From Camelus dromedarius (Eukaryota), in the NCBI RefSeq assembly GCF_036321535.1, contig NC_087466.1, forward strand, positions 17,236,001-17,300,000: a stretch of DNA of 64,000 bases, read 5' to 3'. The notes beneath the pieces are model-generated. The model was not told the DNA's origin and searched no databases. It was given only the letters and a program-made list of their open reading frames with translations. Made by a program: the position numbers and the translations under genes. Shown here piece by piece: positions 35,920 through 48,460 of this stretch (positions within the stretch are counted from its first letter, which is position 1; the number at the start of each line of letters is the position of its first letter).

Positions 35920-38775
35920 TCACATGTAGCAGTTTGTACATTATAGCAAAATTTGCATTCATCATGAATAAGTTATTTATACAGTACATAAACAATACAT
36001 AAAAATCTGCGGATACCTTCTGCCTTTAATGATATTCAATGCATCCATTTCTGTGTGGTCATTACAATGTGCTGCTTATCCCAGCCAAACACTGGATGTC
36101 AGATGTGTCCTTGTTAAGAGGCAAGGCAGTGGATACAAACTGTCAAGTTCGTCTAGCCTGTGGGAGATGTTAGAGCTCACGTGACATTTGTGATAAAAGG
36201 CTGAATAATAGCATGAGGGAATCTCGGGCAATCCTTAGGGAAGGGTTCAAGGCCTTGATTTTAGGTTAAAAAACTGTTATGTAAAAATAGTGTTCTCTGG
36301 CTTAAGATTGTAATGATTGCTATNNNNNNNNNNNNNNNNNNNNNNNNNNNNNNNNNNNNNNNNNNNNNNNNNNNNNNNNNNNNNNNNNNNNNNNNNNNNN
36401 NNNNNNNNNNNNNNNNNNNNNNNNNNNNNNNNNNNNNNNNNNNNNNNNNNNNNNNNNNNNNNNNNNNNNNNNNNNNNNNNNNNAAGGAAGCAATGAGGCT
36501 GGGAGCAATCAAGCTATCCTGTTGCCTGTGATTAGAGATAACCAGAGGGGTTGTGATGCCTTTATTGTCCATTTGGCCCTCAGAGCCTGGGCTCTCGGTG
36601 GGGGCCGCTGGCTTGGTCTCTTGCTGCCAGCGGTGGTCACATTGAGCCTGAAATGAGGGTGGTGGTGTGTGCTGACTGTGGTGGGCTGGCTGCAGCCATC
36701 AGGGTCACTGCCTCACTGCCTGTGGAGGCATCAAGTCCAGGGACCCACTGCTGCCCTTCCTTCAGCGTGACCTGCTCTAGCAGAAAGAGGCAGCACTGGT
36801 TTAGTGTCACTTCTTCCCAGGCCATGAGGGGGCTTTGTGTTGGAATGTATTTGAGCTGTCGTGGTAACTCAGAAAGGTTTAGAAATGTTTTTCTTGAACA
36901 TTCTATACTGGAGCAGTGTGGAAATAGGTGACTATCCAGCGGGTCAGAGCTGCTAGCTTGGAGCCTGGCTTGCCTCTTGGCACTACCTGAGAATTGTATG
37001 TTGAGAGGCTGTTAAGGAGTGAGTGTCCCTGGCTTGAAGATGTCATATCCCACATGTTTATTTACCCTTCTTGTGGGAGGGCGGGAACTTGTCTGGTTCA
37101 TTGTCTGCTTGCCCGTTTCCTGTGCAGATAAGGGGAAAAGCTGTACCAGTGACGTGTCAGTATTAGCTGTATGTGATGCACTTTCTCTTTTAAAAGAGAA
37201 ATCCAAAATAGCGCTTAATCCTGGTTAAGCTTAGCTTTCCTTACTCAGAGACCCACTTGATGTGTGGAATATGAAGGAGACAAGTGTCCTCAGAAATAGA
37301 CCACAACTCTAGATCAGGATTGGATCTTCCTTACTATCATCTGTGAAAACACCCAGAAGTGTTGGGTCTTAAAGTGGTGAAGAGTGGTGGGCTGCTTACC
37401 TCCCCATCCTTCCAAAGTCTGACCTCTAACCTCTTGGAGTACAGATAGTGGCTGGAGGGAGCAGACCAAACCCTCATCCCAGATAAGGCAGGCAGTAATT
37501 TAGGCCAGGGTTTAATTTTAGGCGTTGATCAGTGTATCTATAAATGTTAAGCTGTGCTAAATTCCCAGTTTCCTAGAAGCCACTTCGGTGAGCCTGGCGG
37601 CTGTACTGAACAGCCCTGCTGGCAGCCAGGGGCAATCGACTCCACTCTGTCACTGCCTTCCTTGTTTCTGAGCCTCCGCATGGAAGTTCTGGGACAAGCC
37701 AGCTCCCTGTGAATTGTTTCACTTGTGAAAGGCAAGTATAGATGGAAGTTTGCCTCCAGGACCTCCCTGGATGTCGGAGGTGGTGTGTGCTTGTTACATC
37801 CACACACATTCTTCATCAGGTGAGGCAGTAATGGGCTGGAACAGGACATTGATCGTGGTCTCTTAAAGGAGTTTTTCATTTAGCTGTGGCACCAGATTCC
37901 TAGATTCCATTTTGGCTCAAGAATGAGCCTAAAACCTGGTTGGGATAATTTAATAAGTCAGTAGACTCTTGGAGGCTCTGAGCCAATCCTGTTGGTGAAG
38001 GGTTTCCTCGGAAGAACCCAGCAGCCCTTCTTGCCTTTTAGCTTGCCCCTCCCTCACCCCCACCCATTGGTTTTAACGCTCACCATAAAAAGCATCTGTA
38101 AACCAGAATTCAGTTTTTTATTCATAAGGCACCAGGGTGGAACTGTTCCTTGCCACCCACCTATTTCAGCAATTGCCTGAATTTCCCTGAAAGGGTGACA
38201 TGCTTCACTTCTCTCTATCTTTATTCTCAGCAACAGGTGACTGTCCTGAGGATACAATAGACAAGCCAGGCATGCTGGCTCGAACCAGGAGCTAGTCAAG
38301 TAGGGTTTGCATAGCTGGCTCTGACAACAAAAATCGCATGGGTGTGTGTTCAAACAGTGCAGTGAAAGAAGCAATGGTTTAATTTTGAAACCTGAATCCT
38401 CTGAAAAATTAATCTGAGGTAAAATGTCTAAAATCATTTTTGACCTTTAGCTTGTTCATCTGCCAGAGCTTTGTCCTAAAGCTGAGAGTTGAAGCAGGGT
38501 AAGTGTGGTCACCTGTGGCCTGGGTGCAGCAGCCCTGCCACGGGCACTGAAGCGGGAAAAGCAGAGGAGAATCCAGGGCTTGTTAGTGTTTTGGGCTTCC
38601 TGATGCTCCCCCCCCCCCCCCCGGTAGAAAGCCTGTCATCAGCTATGATGGTGTCAGTGAAAAAGAGAACAAGTTTCCACTGCCAGCTCCGGCCCTCGCC
38701 CCACCGCCGCCTCTGCGTGACGAGTCCTAGCGACCCAGGGCGGGAGCCAGCGGGTCCGCGAACAAGAGCTACATC

Positions 38776-38783
38776 TGTAAACA
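38776..38783 (-). promoter_or_regulatory. miR-30 family 8mer seed match (UGUUUACA) in SH2B3 3'UTR
   Basis: TGTAAACA on + strand. Confidence 0.5.
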
Positions 38784-38910
38784 AGGAGAAAGCCAGGTGA
38801 GAGTGAGACTTGCCGGAGGCCCTTTAACAGGCCCAATAGAAGGGTCACGTCCAAACTGAAATGAGCAGTTCACGGTGCCCCTTAAATCTCTCTCTGGAAG
38901 GAAGGAAAGT

Positions 38911-38918
38911 TACATTCA
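38911..38918 (-). promoter_or_regulatory. miR-181 family 8mer seed match (UGAAUGUA) in SH2B3 3'UTR
   Basis: TACATTCA on + strand, ~65 nt past the stop codon. Confidence 0.5.
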
Positions 38919-38983
38919 CAAGTTCACAACTGCTTGCTCGTGCTCCGCGGGCATCTGTGAGGCCTGGGATTTCTGGCTGCCTG

Positions 38984-39279
38984 TCAGAGAGGTGTGTACT
39001 GATTGTCTATGGCCCGCAGGTGGCTCCGGGAGGAGGAGTCCATTTCGTAGTCTGAGTCCCGGGCTCGACTGGCAGGCTCGGGCTCCAGGTGCCGCAGGCT
39101 GTTGGCCAGTTCCTCAGGCGAAGGCACCAGGTGGAAAATCTGCTCTGGGGGAGAGGATCGGCCCGGGAGGCCCTCTGGGCCGAGCCCCCGCGGACAGCCA
39201 GAAGAGCTAAGGTGGGGAAGGCCCAGCTCGGAATCCCAGCGAGAGAAGGAGAAAGGAAACAGGACAGTGTTGGAGGAAC
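38984..39279 (-). CDS. SH2B3: SH2B3/LNK exon 8, (G)[23 protein letters not shown]...[10 protein letters not shown]
   Basis: ttgtcccccAG acceptor, TGA at 38986-38984. Ends in the SH2B-family C-terminal tyrosine motif DNQY. Confidence 0.98.
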
Positions 39280-39447
39280 CTGGGGGACAAGTGACGGAGA
39301 GAGAGACCAGACTGTCAGTCTTTACGGGGCAAGTGCTGGAAGGACACAGAACGAAGTCTCTGCCCCCCTGAGTTTGCAGCAAGCCTTTACCCTCTGCTGG
39401 GTTCCCAGTGCCACCACCCCCTTTATCAAGGGGCATCAGGGTCACAC

Positions 39448-39619
39448 CTGGTGGCTGGGAAACAACTACCACGTAGCTGGACAGCCGGACGTCACAGGCA
39501 GCACCGCACTCGAGTGGGATGGGTGAGCGCTGGAAGTGGCGCAGCATGGCCACCACCGACGGGAAGTGGAGGTGCTGCACTCGGCACTGGCCCCGCTCCG
39601 TCAGTGACAGGCGCAGGTG
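39448..39619 (-). CDS. SH2B3: SH2B3 exon 7, C-terminal half of the SH2 domain, [26 protein letters not shown]...VVSQPP
   Basis: ccccAG acceptor, GTGTGA donor, 172 nt. Confidence 0.98.
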
Positions 39620-39642
39620 CTGGGGGAGAGGGGAACGGCTCA

Positions 39643-39963
<321 letters not shown>

Positions 39964-40041
39964 TTACTCCCTGGGCTGGGACTGGGCTCTGAAGTACCAG
40001 AGGACAAAGGCCCAAACTCCCAGTCTCCAAGCCTCCCTCAC

Positions 40042-40136
40042 CTTGGTTTAAGGAATCTGTGCTTCCCCTTGGAGAGTTAGACATGCCGGGCTCTAAGGCT
40101 GAGGGAATCTGCATCTCTGGGTCTGAGCTCTCCAGC
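40042..40136 (-). CDS. SH2B3: SH2B3 exon 5, [31 protein letters not shown]
   Basis: ttctccagcAG acceptor, GTGAGG donor, 95 nt. Confidence 0.96.
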
Positions 40137-40217
40137 CTGCTGGAGAAGAGACCGGGGTTAAGGATGTGGGTCAGTCAGGGGTAGCAGTAAAAGCGGTGCC
40201 AGGGGTGGGCACCTCAC

Positions 40218-40491
<274 letters not shown>

Positions 40492-41506
40492 CTAGGAGAG
40501 CAAGGCCGAGCATTCAAGGCTTGTCCCTGATGCCCTTGGCCCCCCCAGGCCTCTGGTCTTCCTGCTGTCTCCCTGGGGCCTAGCTTACCGAGTGTGCTGA
40601 GCCTGGGGGGAGCACTAGCATTCTGGCTTTTGGGAGCCTGCAGAGGGCCACCGCACTGTTCCCACCCACCCCCCAACACACACACTTAGCTCCCCAGAAA
40701 CCTACGTGGGCTGAGGGCCAACCTCCGCTCCACCTGGACCCCTGACATGCCAGCTGACATGCTTTTGTCAGCTGACATTTGTTTCTCTTCCCACTGGTGG
40801 AACGAAGACCTCCCTGCCCTCTGCCCTGGCCGCTGGCCCCCCCTGACAGCAGGCCCGGAGAGGGGCACGGGGGCTCCAGCCCAGGCTCCCCCTAAGATGC
40901 TAGCTGACTGTGCCCCGGGGGCTCAGGCCTTTCTCGTGCCTGTAGCTCCACTCCACCCCTCCATGGCTCCCCACCAGTACAGGTCTCTCTTGGCCTAACA
41001 GCAGCCCTAGAAAGCAGAGACTGTCGCCACGTTTTTAAAAAAACTCAAATCTTGGAGGTGAAGACACCTTCCTGGGAAAGTGAAGAGTGGGTTGTGAACC
41101 CCTACCCACAGCACACAGCGTAGAGTCTCCAACTCCCACACTTGACAACCTGTCCTGCCTCTGAGTCTTAGGACAAGGAGAACCGGATTTGGCTGCAGGT
41201 GGGGGTTGGCAGAGTAGCTTGGCTACAGGTTCTTGGGGCTCCTGCCAGTGTGTCCCAAGGGACAAAGCCTCACACAGCTGGCCCCAGTTATAGCCATCCA
41301 GAAACCCACAGAAAACCTCGGGCCCAGAGTCTCCCGTGACTCCAGCACACATGGGGTTCAGAGTAGGTGGGAGATGCCCCCTTCCCTTCTGCCAGCAGAA
41401 GGGTCCTGACTGAGCTTGGCTGGAGCAGGGGCTGACCCTGTGGACTCTGCTCCCAGAGGGTAGGAAGCTCTGGGGCACTCGAGCCAGCATCTCCTGGGCA
41501 AGAGTG

Positions 41507-41640
41507 TTCTCAGAAGGGAGATCACCCCGTCACTGCCCCCCATCGCCACTTCCTCTTGTGATTAGGACTGATAAGATTGTTCCTCTGGGGTCATGAGATG
41601 ATCAATGGCTGTTTCCAGCAGAGGCCAAAAGAAGATAAGA
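41507..41640. promoter_or_regulatory. Candidate enhancer: STAT5 GAS + ETS/PU.1 + two GATA sites
   Basis: TTCTCAGAA 41507-41515, CACTTCCTCTT 41547-41557, TGATAA 41569-41574, AGATAA 41633-41638. Confidence 0.45.
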
Positions 41641-43439
41641 GTGGGGGAAGGAGCATGATGTGGGGAAGGGACAGAGGCCGCCCAACTGGCCCTCCAATCT
41701 CCTCCCTGCGAGTCTGGAGATGGGTGAGGCACACCTGGGAACCACTACAGCCCCTCCCGATCCAGCGCCGGGTGGGGAGATGGAAACAAGAGACAGGAAC
41801 AAAGGTGAGTTCTCGGCACAGTGGCTTTGGCCAATCACCTCCACCACCTCTGCTCAGAAGGGCCCAGCTTGGGTGGGGGCTGACTTTTCAAAAGTTGGCG
41901 CAAGAGTCAGTCCCCAAAGCCATATGCTTAACGGTGCTTCAGAGACACAAACGCCAGGTGTTTCTGGTGGAAGGGTGGTAACTCCAGGGCTGGGCAGCTT
42001 GGCAGCAGATCTTGGAGCTCCAGGTCTGGCCCTGGTCGTTGGACACAGCAGCCTGAGGAGAACAGCTCTGGGAATGAGCTCGGCCAGGTTGTCCAGCTAG
42101 CAAATCCCCGCCCTGAGTGACCAGCACCAGACAGGGCATTTTTACCTTTCAAGTTCCTCTCATATGTTCCCCAGGACCCAGTTTCTCAGCCTGGGAGCCA
42201 GGGAGACGTGGGGAGCACAGGAGCCTCACTTAGCACCTACACAGGCACAGGACACACCAGAGCACGTGGAGAGGGGCCTCTCTGCTCCCCTGGCGGCTCT
42301 CAGAGTCAGCCAGCCTCTCGGTCTCTACTTCCTCCCTGCAAAACGGGTTAGGGATAGAGAGCTACTTCCATCTCCCGATTTTGCCGTTGGCCCTGCCTGG
42401 CCCCCCACCCTCCCCACTGGCTCTGGGCTCTCAGGATCACTGGGAGGAAGTAAGGCAAGCCAGGCCAAGAAGGGAACAGGCCTGGTCTCCCTTTCGGTTC
42501 CGCTCCAGACCCTGGGCTTGCCCTGCCATGTAAGTGCCAAGCCTAACCAGCAAAGCCACTGGTTTCACCCTGAATGTGGGGCCCCCATGCCAGCTCCACC
42601 CCCAGCAGCTGAGGAACTGCTGACCTGGCAGGCAGTGGTGAAGAGAGGATTCCCCCTCCTCGCCCACGGCCAGCCCTGCACAGACGACGGTGAAACTTGT
42701 CCTGGCTCCCCTCTGCCTGCTGAGTGTGACACTGGCTCTTCCGTCTCCTCACGGCAGCCCATCCACCTTGCCCAGAGCCACTCAACTCCAGGGGCTGAGC
42801 CCCAACCTGCCAAGAGTCAGAGCCAGCATCTAATGACTCTACTGCCTGATGTGGGGGAGATGCCAGAGGTGCTGCCCAGATTGGAGGGGCGACAAGAGTA
42901 GAGACAGACCACCCACCTGTGGCCGCAGCCCCAGCTGGACAGCCCAGGGCAGGACTTGGGCATGCTTGCCACAGTGGAGGGACTAGTGGGGCCTTTCAGG
43001 TTGAGCAGTGTGGTGGACAGAGGGCGGTGTGGGGAGCTGATCCCAAACAGCAGCCACAGGAACACTGGGGCTTCGGGCTCCCCGGACCCACCTCAGAGTC
43101 ACACTGCTTGGGTGATCAAAATGACCAAACCATTCCAGTATTCGCAGTAGTGGACGAGTAGTGAACTGTCACCAACCACACCTGCAGCATTCTCTCCCAG
43201 GGAGCTAGTTTTCCTGTTAGCTCCCAGCATCCAAAAAGACAGTTTCTTTTCTCATAGCCACTGTGACTCCAGTGTCAATAACCCATTTCTTTCTTTGCTC
43301 TGGCTGCTAGGAAGCTCAAACACAAAGCTGTAGACCAGCTCTGAGACTGTCCTACAGAAGAACTTGTATTTCTACAGCTAACTTTATCTGGGCTTTTTGG
43401 TTCTCTCACCCCTCTAGGCACTGGGGTTCACTCTTGACC

Positions 43440-43570
43440 CTGCCCTTGTATAACCCTGGACAAGCGATCAGCTCTCCATGCCTCAGTTTCATCATCTGTA
43501 TGCTGGAGACATTTAATAGTCCCTCTCTCTTCACAGGGTTGTGTGGTGATTGGGTGAACTATTGCAAGTG
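43440..43570. mobile_element. MIR relic
   Basis: CCTCAGTTTCATCATCTGTA...CACAGGGTTGTGTG. Confidence 0.7.
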
Positions 43571-46500
43571 ACAGAAATGCCTGACTGATAAACAGCTGTT
43601 AAATTTCCAGGCTGGGGTCTGAGGCCAGCCCGGATGAGTAAAGCCTGCTCGCACAGTGCTCCAGTGTCACACAGCACTGCCGCTTCCCCTCCGAGTAGCC
43701 CAGGGCTGGGCACACACCTGCCTTCTCTGAGTCTTACAGACCTCGTGTGTAACGTACTCCTTTACTGCCTTCAGTGAAATCTACACATAACATCATCTAC
43801 CTACATAAATACCCCAAGTAAGATAAAAGGAAAGTAATGGAATGTAATTTATATTAAAATAAAACATTTTTCAGTGCAACTGTGCATACAACACAATGAA
43901 CTTACTCAGGTGCTTCTGGGTTTGTTTTGAAAAGATCAAGGACATGAAGGTGCCAGAGGGTAGGGTGCGCCCTGAGAGGGCAGTCTGTTCAGTGGATGTT
44001 AAAACTGGTCGGAAAATTCCACGTGCTTCTACATAAGAACAGAATTCTGGCCCTAGGGTTGGTGTGTCTTGTGGCTTTGGAGGACAGTCTGGTCAGTTCT
44101 GCCTCAACACACCCGTCCTCTCCAACTCGCACGGTCCAGGGGCCCCCTCTCTCCCCCTGGTGGGGCCTGTGGGCCTCGAACCTGCCTGGAAGGAATGAGA
44201 CAAGACCTCACCTCTCCCTGCAGGCCTTGCTCTTCTCTCAACCTGCACTGCTCCCTGTGTGCAGAGGGGCAGGGATGGCCCATCCATCCAGAGTGCTCCA
44301 AGGTACCGGGCTGCACCCTCATAGCCATTCACACCACAAGACCCCCGCCAAGGGAATGGCTGAGCCCTCAGTGAGCTCCAGGTGCTGGTGCCCCAACAAA
44401 CGACACACAGCCCCTGGCTCACAGAGCTGCTGCTTGAGGAGATGGGTACCCAACAGGCAGCAGTGCAGGACCGACCTCGGTCACACAGGAAGGTGGAGCT
44501 GAGCTTCTTGGGCACCAGGATGGCCCTGACAAAGGTCCTGAGGTGGGGGGAGCACACAGGCACAGACTGGCACACAGTGGGGTGGTCTCAGCCCCCAGGA
44601 GTCCCCATGGGGCCTTGAGACTGTAGGCTCATTGGAAGGTGAAGGAGCAGAAGTGGCAGCTGGGCTCACGTTAAATACCTAGGCAGAAGCAGGCCTGCTA
44701 GTTGGGCCAGACCCAGCTCTTACCCACCTCAGCCATGGACGCTGGAGGGGAAGACAGCATCTCATTCACACCCAAGCAGCAGAGGGCCTGGCACAGAGTG
44801 CCCCGTGGCGTGGACAGGCCAGGCCTTCACAATGGCCTTCTTCCCTCCACTGTAGGGGCCTTTATCCCTCAAGTGAAGGCCTTGAGGAGAGGCATCCCCC
44901 CCCCCCCCCCGCCTCCCAGGCCACAGCAGCCCCCTAGCAGTCTGGCATCTCCCAGGGCTTTGGGGCCCTCACTCCTCTCCTACAAAGAGCAGCAGAGGAA
45001 CAGAGCTCCACCACTTACTACCTTTGGGATCTTGATCATGGCCTTAGCTACAGTCTCAATTTCTTCTTGGGTCACACGAGGACAGGAAGCAGATACTACT
45101 GACCTCCAGAAGTAAGGGGAGGATGAGAGGGGGTGAGGCCCTGAAAACTTACAGGCTCAGAGCAAATCCCAGACCCCAGTCATGGGTGAGTCCCCCAGGC
45201 CAGTGCCCAGAATGGATGCTGCTTGGATGGATAAGCAAACAAATGGATGAAACATCATTCTTGGAAATGCTTAATCAGGTCTTACTGATCATATCTAAAC
45301 AACTGCCTTAAAAAAAATACAAGAAAAAGAAAATGCCCTGTCTTGTTCCAAAAAAGATTTTAGTCGCATTACAGGGATACTCAGTGGGAAGGGAGAAAAC
45401 CGCTGGAATACAGACCAGAGTTTCACTTGCCACAGATTTGTATCTGAGCTTCCTGGCAACCAATGCAAAGAAGGTTTCTCTGTGAGAAGACAGCCTCTTG
45501 TGCATGAAGAATCTCATGCACAGCAGTCCATTAAAGGCTCTGAGAAGAAGTGGAACAGAGACACCTGCCGAACCCATGTGTCCTGCTCAGGAACATTTCT
45601 GGGGTCTGCACAACCACTGCACACAACCTGCCCATCCTGAGTTTTGGGAATTAAGACAGTCCTGGCCTTGAGTCCCAACTCTGCCTCATCTTCCACAGAC
45701 AAGTGACTTGCCTCTCCTAGCCTCAGTCCCCACTTCTGTGAGAGAACTTTCCGTGAGAATCTGGCAGTACAGTGTGTGTGGGGCGCTCCGGGTGGTTAAG
45801 CCTCGAGGGGATGAACACGAGGCCTTAGGAACCCAGTCTTAAGAATACCTGACCTGCTGGGGAGCAAACAGCCTCTTCTGAGGAAGCTTTCACTTCCACA
45901 GCCCTCTCCCCACTCCAAGACTGTGGGCCCACGGCGGCCTCCCTGCTCCATTTCCACCCTTGTGACTTCCACAGGGCAGGGTACGTGGCTATGTTTGCTG
46001 AGCACTGTCCGAAGTGGAGAAGGTAGAGAAGGAGGCATTGGAGGCCAAGGGACAGCAAGAGCCAACACCCAGAGGCCAGAAGGCTGCAGGGGAGTTGGCT
46101 GTGACCAGAAACGGTACTAACAGACCCCTCCCACCATCCCTTAGTGAGCACCTCCTGTGACAGTTTCGGACTGTTGAATTCACAGGCCAGCACCATTTCT
46201 AAAAACTACCCGCTTCACAGAAAAGAACATCATATTGAGAAAAGAAGGTGCCGGGACCAAGTAGGAAGGTCACTGTCCCAGAGTAAAGAGTAATCCTTGA
46301 CATCAACTACGGTGATACTCCGGTGGGAAAGCCTGCAGCACTCTGCTCTGGGCCACCTGTCCATCTGAGGAACAGTGGTGGGTGCCTCCCAGGAACCCCC
46401 AGCAGCGCATGAGGCTGTTCTACCGCTACTTTACAGATGAGGAGCCAAGGCAAAGAAACCTCCCCCGCCCTGGGGAGCTGCTCCCAACACAGGGCTCAGC

Positions 46501-46999
46501 TGCAGCCGGTGGGCCTGGGACCTCTGACGTCAGCCTGGGACCTGCATTTAACACGGCCCTGGGTGCCTCTGAAACCCACTGAGGGAGGGGAGCGCTGGGC
46601 AGGGGGGCTGCACTCACCTCCCCCTCCCCCTCCCCCCTCAGACACAAGAGACTGGCAGGAGGGAGGGCACAGTCTGTCCCACGGAGACAGAATAGTGGAT
46701 GCTGGAGGCAGGGGCTTGGGAACCAGGCAACCTGGATTTCAGTCTTACGCAGCTCCTGGGAGCAAAGGGGGCTCTCACAGGGAGCCTCCACTAAGGGTGA
46801 GGAGTCAGAAAACAGGGTGACATCATGAACCCCTTGAGAGATGGGCAGCATCAAAATTGAGTGGCCACCCATCACTCCTAACAGTGCTACTCCTAGGTCT
46901 GTCCAGCATCCAGTTACTTCCCTTCCCCCTCTGCTCAGAACTCTCCTGCAAGCCTATCTTGCTGGGTTTGGAAGCCCAGGTCTTTGCCCTGGCCCACAG

Positions 47000-47400
47000 G
47001 ATGCTGCATAACTGCGTTCTTGTTACCTCCTCAACCTCATCGACTCTCCCTCTCACTCACTCTGATCCAGCCGCACTGGCCTCCACCGTTCTTCAGTGTG
47101 CCAGTCACACTCCCACCTTAGGGCCTTTGCACTTGCTGTTCCCTCTGTCTGAAAGGCAGTTCCTCCACATCTTCACAGATCTGGCTCCTCTCATGTTTGG
47201 ATCTCAGCTCGAGTGTCACCTCCTCAGGAAGGCCCTCCCTGACCATGGTACCTAAATACACAGGCACCACCACAGAACCCCCTTTACTTCTTTCACTACA
47301 TTTACCAACCTATGAAATGTGCTCTCTCTCTGGGGACTCTTGTTCATGTGGCATCCCCAGTATCGAGCACAGTGCTGGTAGGTAGCAGGTGCTCAGTTTC
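47000..47400. mobile_element. L2 3' relic
   Basis: GGCCTTTGCACTTGCTGTTCCCTCTG, CACCTCCTCAGGAAGGCCCTCCCTGACC, CACAGTGCTGG..GTAG..GGTGCTCA. Confidence 0.75.
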
Positions 47401-48354
47401 ATTCCTACACAAACACTCATCCCAGGCCCTTTGTTTGCCAAGCATCATGTGTGCGGGGGGTCAGTAGAGCACAGGGTATGGCCCTCACCGCAGACCCCCA
47501 TCCTGACAAGGGCTGTGGAGGAGTGACAGTCAAGGCAGCATGGTCGGGGGGAGGACAGAGGACACAGGTTGGCCCCCCCAGGCTCCAGCTGGCCAGGGGA
47601 GACGAGTGGCTGAGAGGAAGGCTCTTGGCACCTCAAGAGACGCTTACCGACCCCATGTCACAGATCGAGAAACGGAGGTCCTGAGAGGCAAAACTCCTTG
47701 TCCTCGGCCAGAGGAGCAGAGTAGAGCTGGCCCCAGACCTTCGTCTGCCCAGCCCCAGAGCCCACAGCACCCACCTCCATCCAGCCCAATCCTCCCAGCT
47801 CATGTCTCCCACCACCAGGCCTGATCCAAACTGCAGGTCTTGGCGGAGAAAATCTCCCCTCCTCCAGGGAGCCTTCTCTGATCACCAAGCCATGGTCAGT
47901 GCGATTCCTGTGCCTCTCCCTCCGCACGGAGCTTATCAGTCCTGGCCATAATTTCCTGATGGTGCGGCTGCCCCCACCGTCTGACTGGGAGTTCCTCTGG
48001 GGGTGGGGTCAGGGCACCAAGCCTTGTTCCCAGCTGGGGCCCAGCACTGGGTCCAGCCCAGAGGAGGCACTTGGAGAGAGTTTGTCAGATGGATGGGTAA
48101 GTAGCTGGGTGAGTGCCTGGGGCCCCCAGCCCTCAGATGTCTGGGGAACAGAGGCAAATGTGGGGGTGTGGTGAGTTATCTTACCCCTCTGTTCCCCAGC
48201 TCCCCTGGGGGCAAACTGAAGGCAGTGAGCCAGTTCCAGGGGCCGAACAAATGTTGGAACTATGGGCCGCAGGTCACTTCCTTCCTCTGCCCCCAGCCAG
48301 GGCCCTGACTCCACGACACCACACACAGGCCCTTCAAATGCCTGCTTCAGCCTC

Positions 48355-48460
48355 TTTTTCTGTGTGACCTTGAGCAAATCACTTCGCTTCTGTATGCCTT
48401 TGCTTTCTCATCTGTAAAATGGGGGTGATAATGGAACGCACCCCCAAGGCTTCTGTAAGT
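48355..48460. mobile_element. MIR relic
   Basis: TGTGTGACCTTGAGCAAATCACTT...CTCATCTGTAAAATGGGG. Confidence 0.8.

Larger units (their letters stand above)
35895..38983 (-). other. SH2B3: SH2B3 3'UTR (~3.1 kb, contains N-run 36324-36483)
   Basis: Runs from the stop codon to the ATTAAA signal. Length is in line with the long human SH2B3 3'UTR as recalled. Confidence 0.75.

Noticed and set aside
42164-42901. 245-aa + strand ORF inside SH2B3 intron 2
   Set aside because: GC-rich Pro/Gly/Ser/Leu composition, no recognisable domain or splice structure; consistent with a chance ORF.
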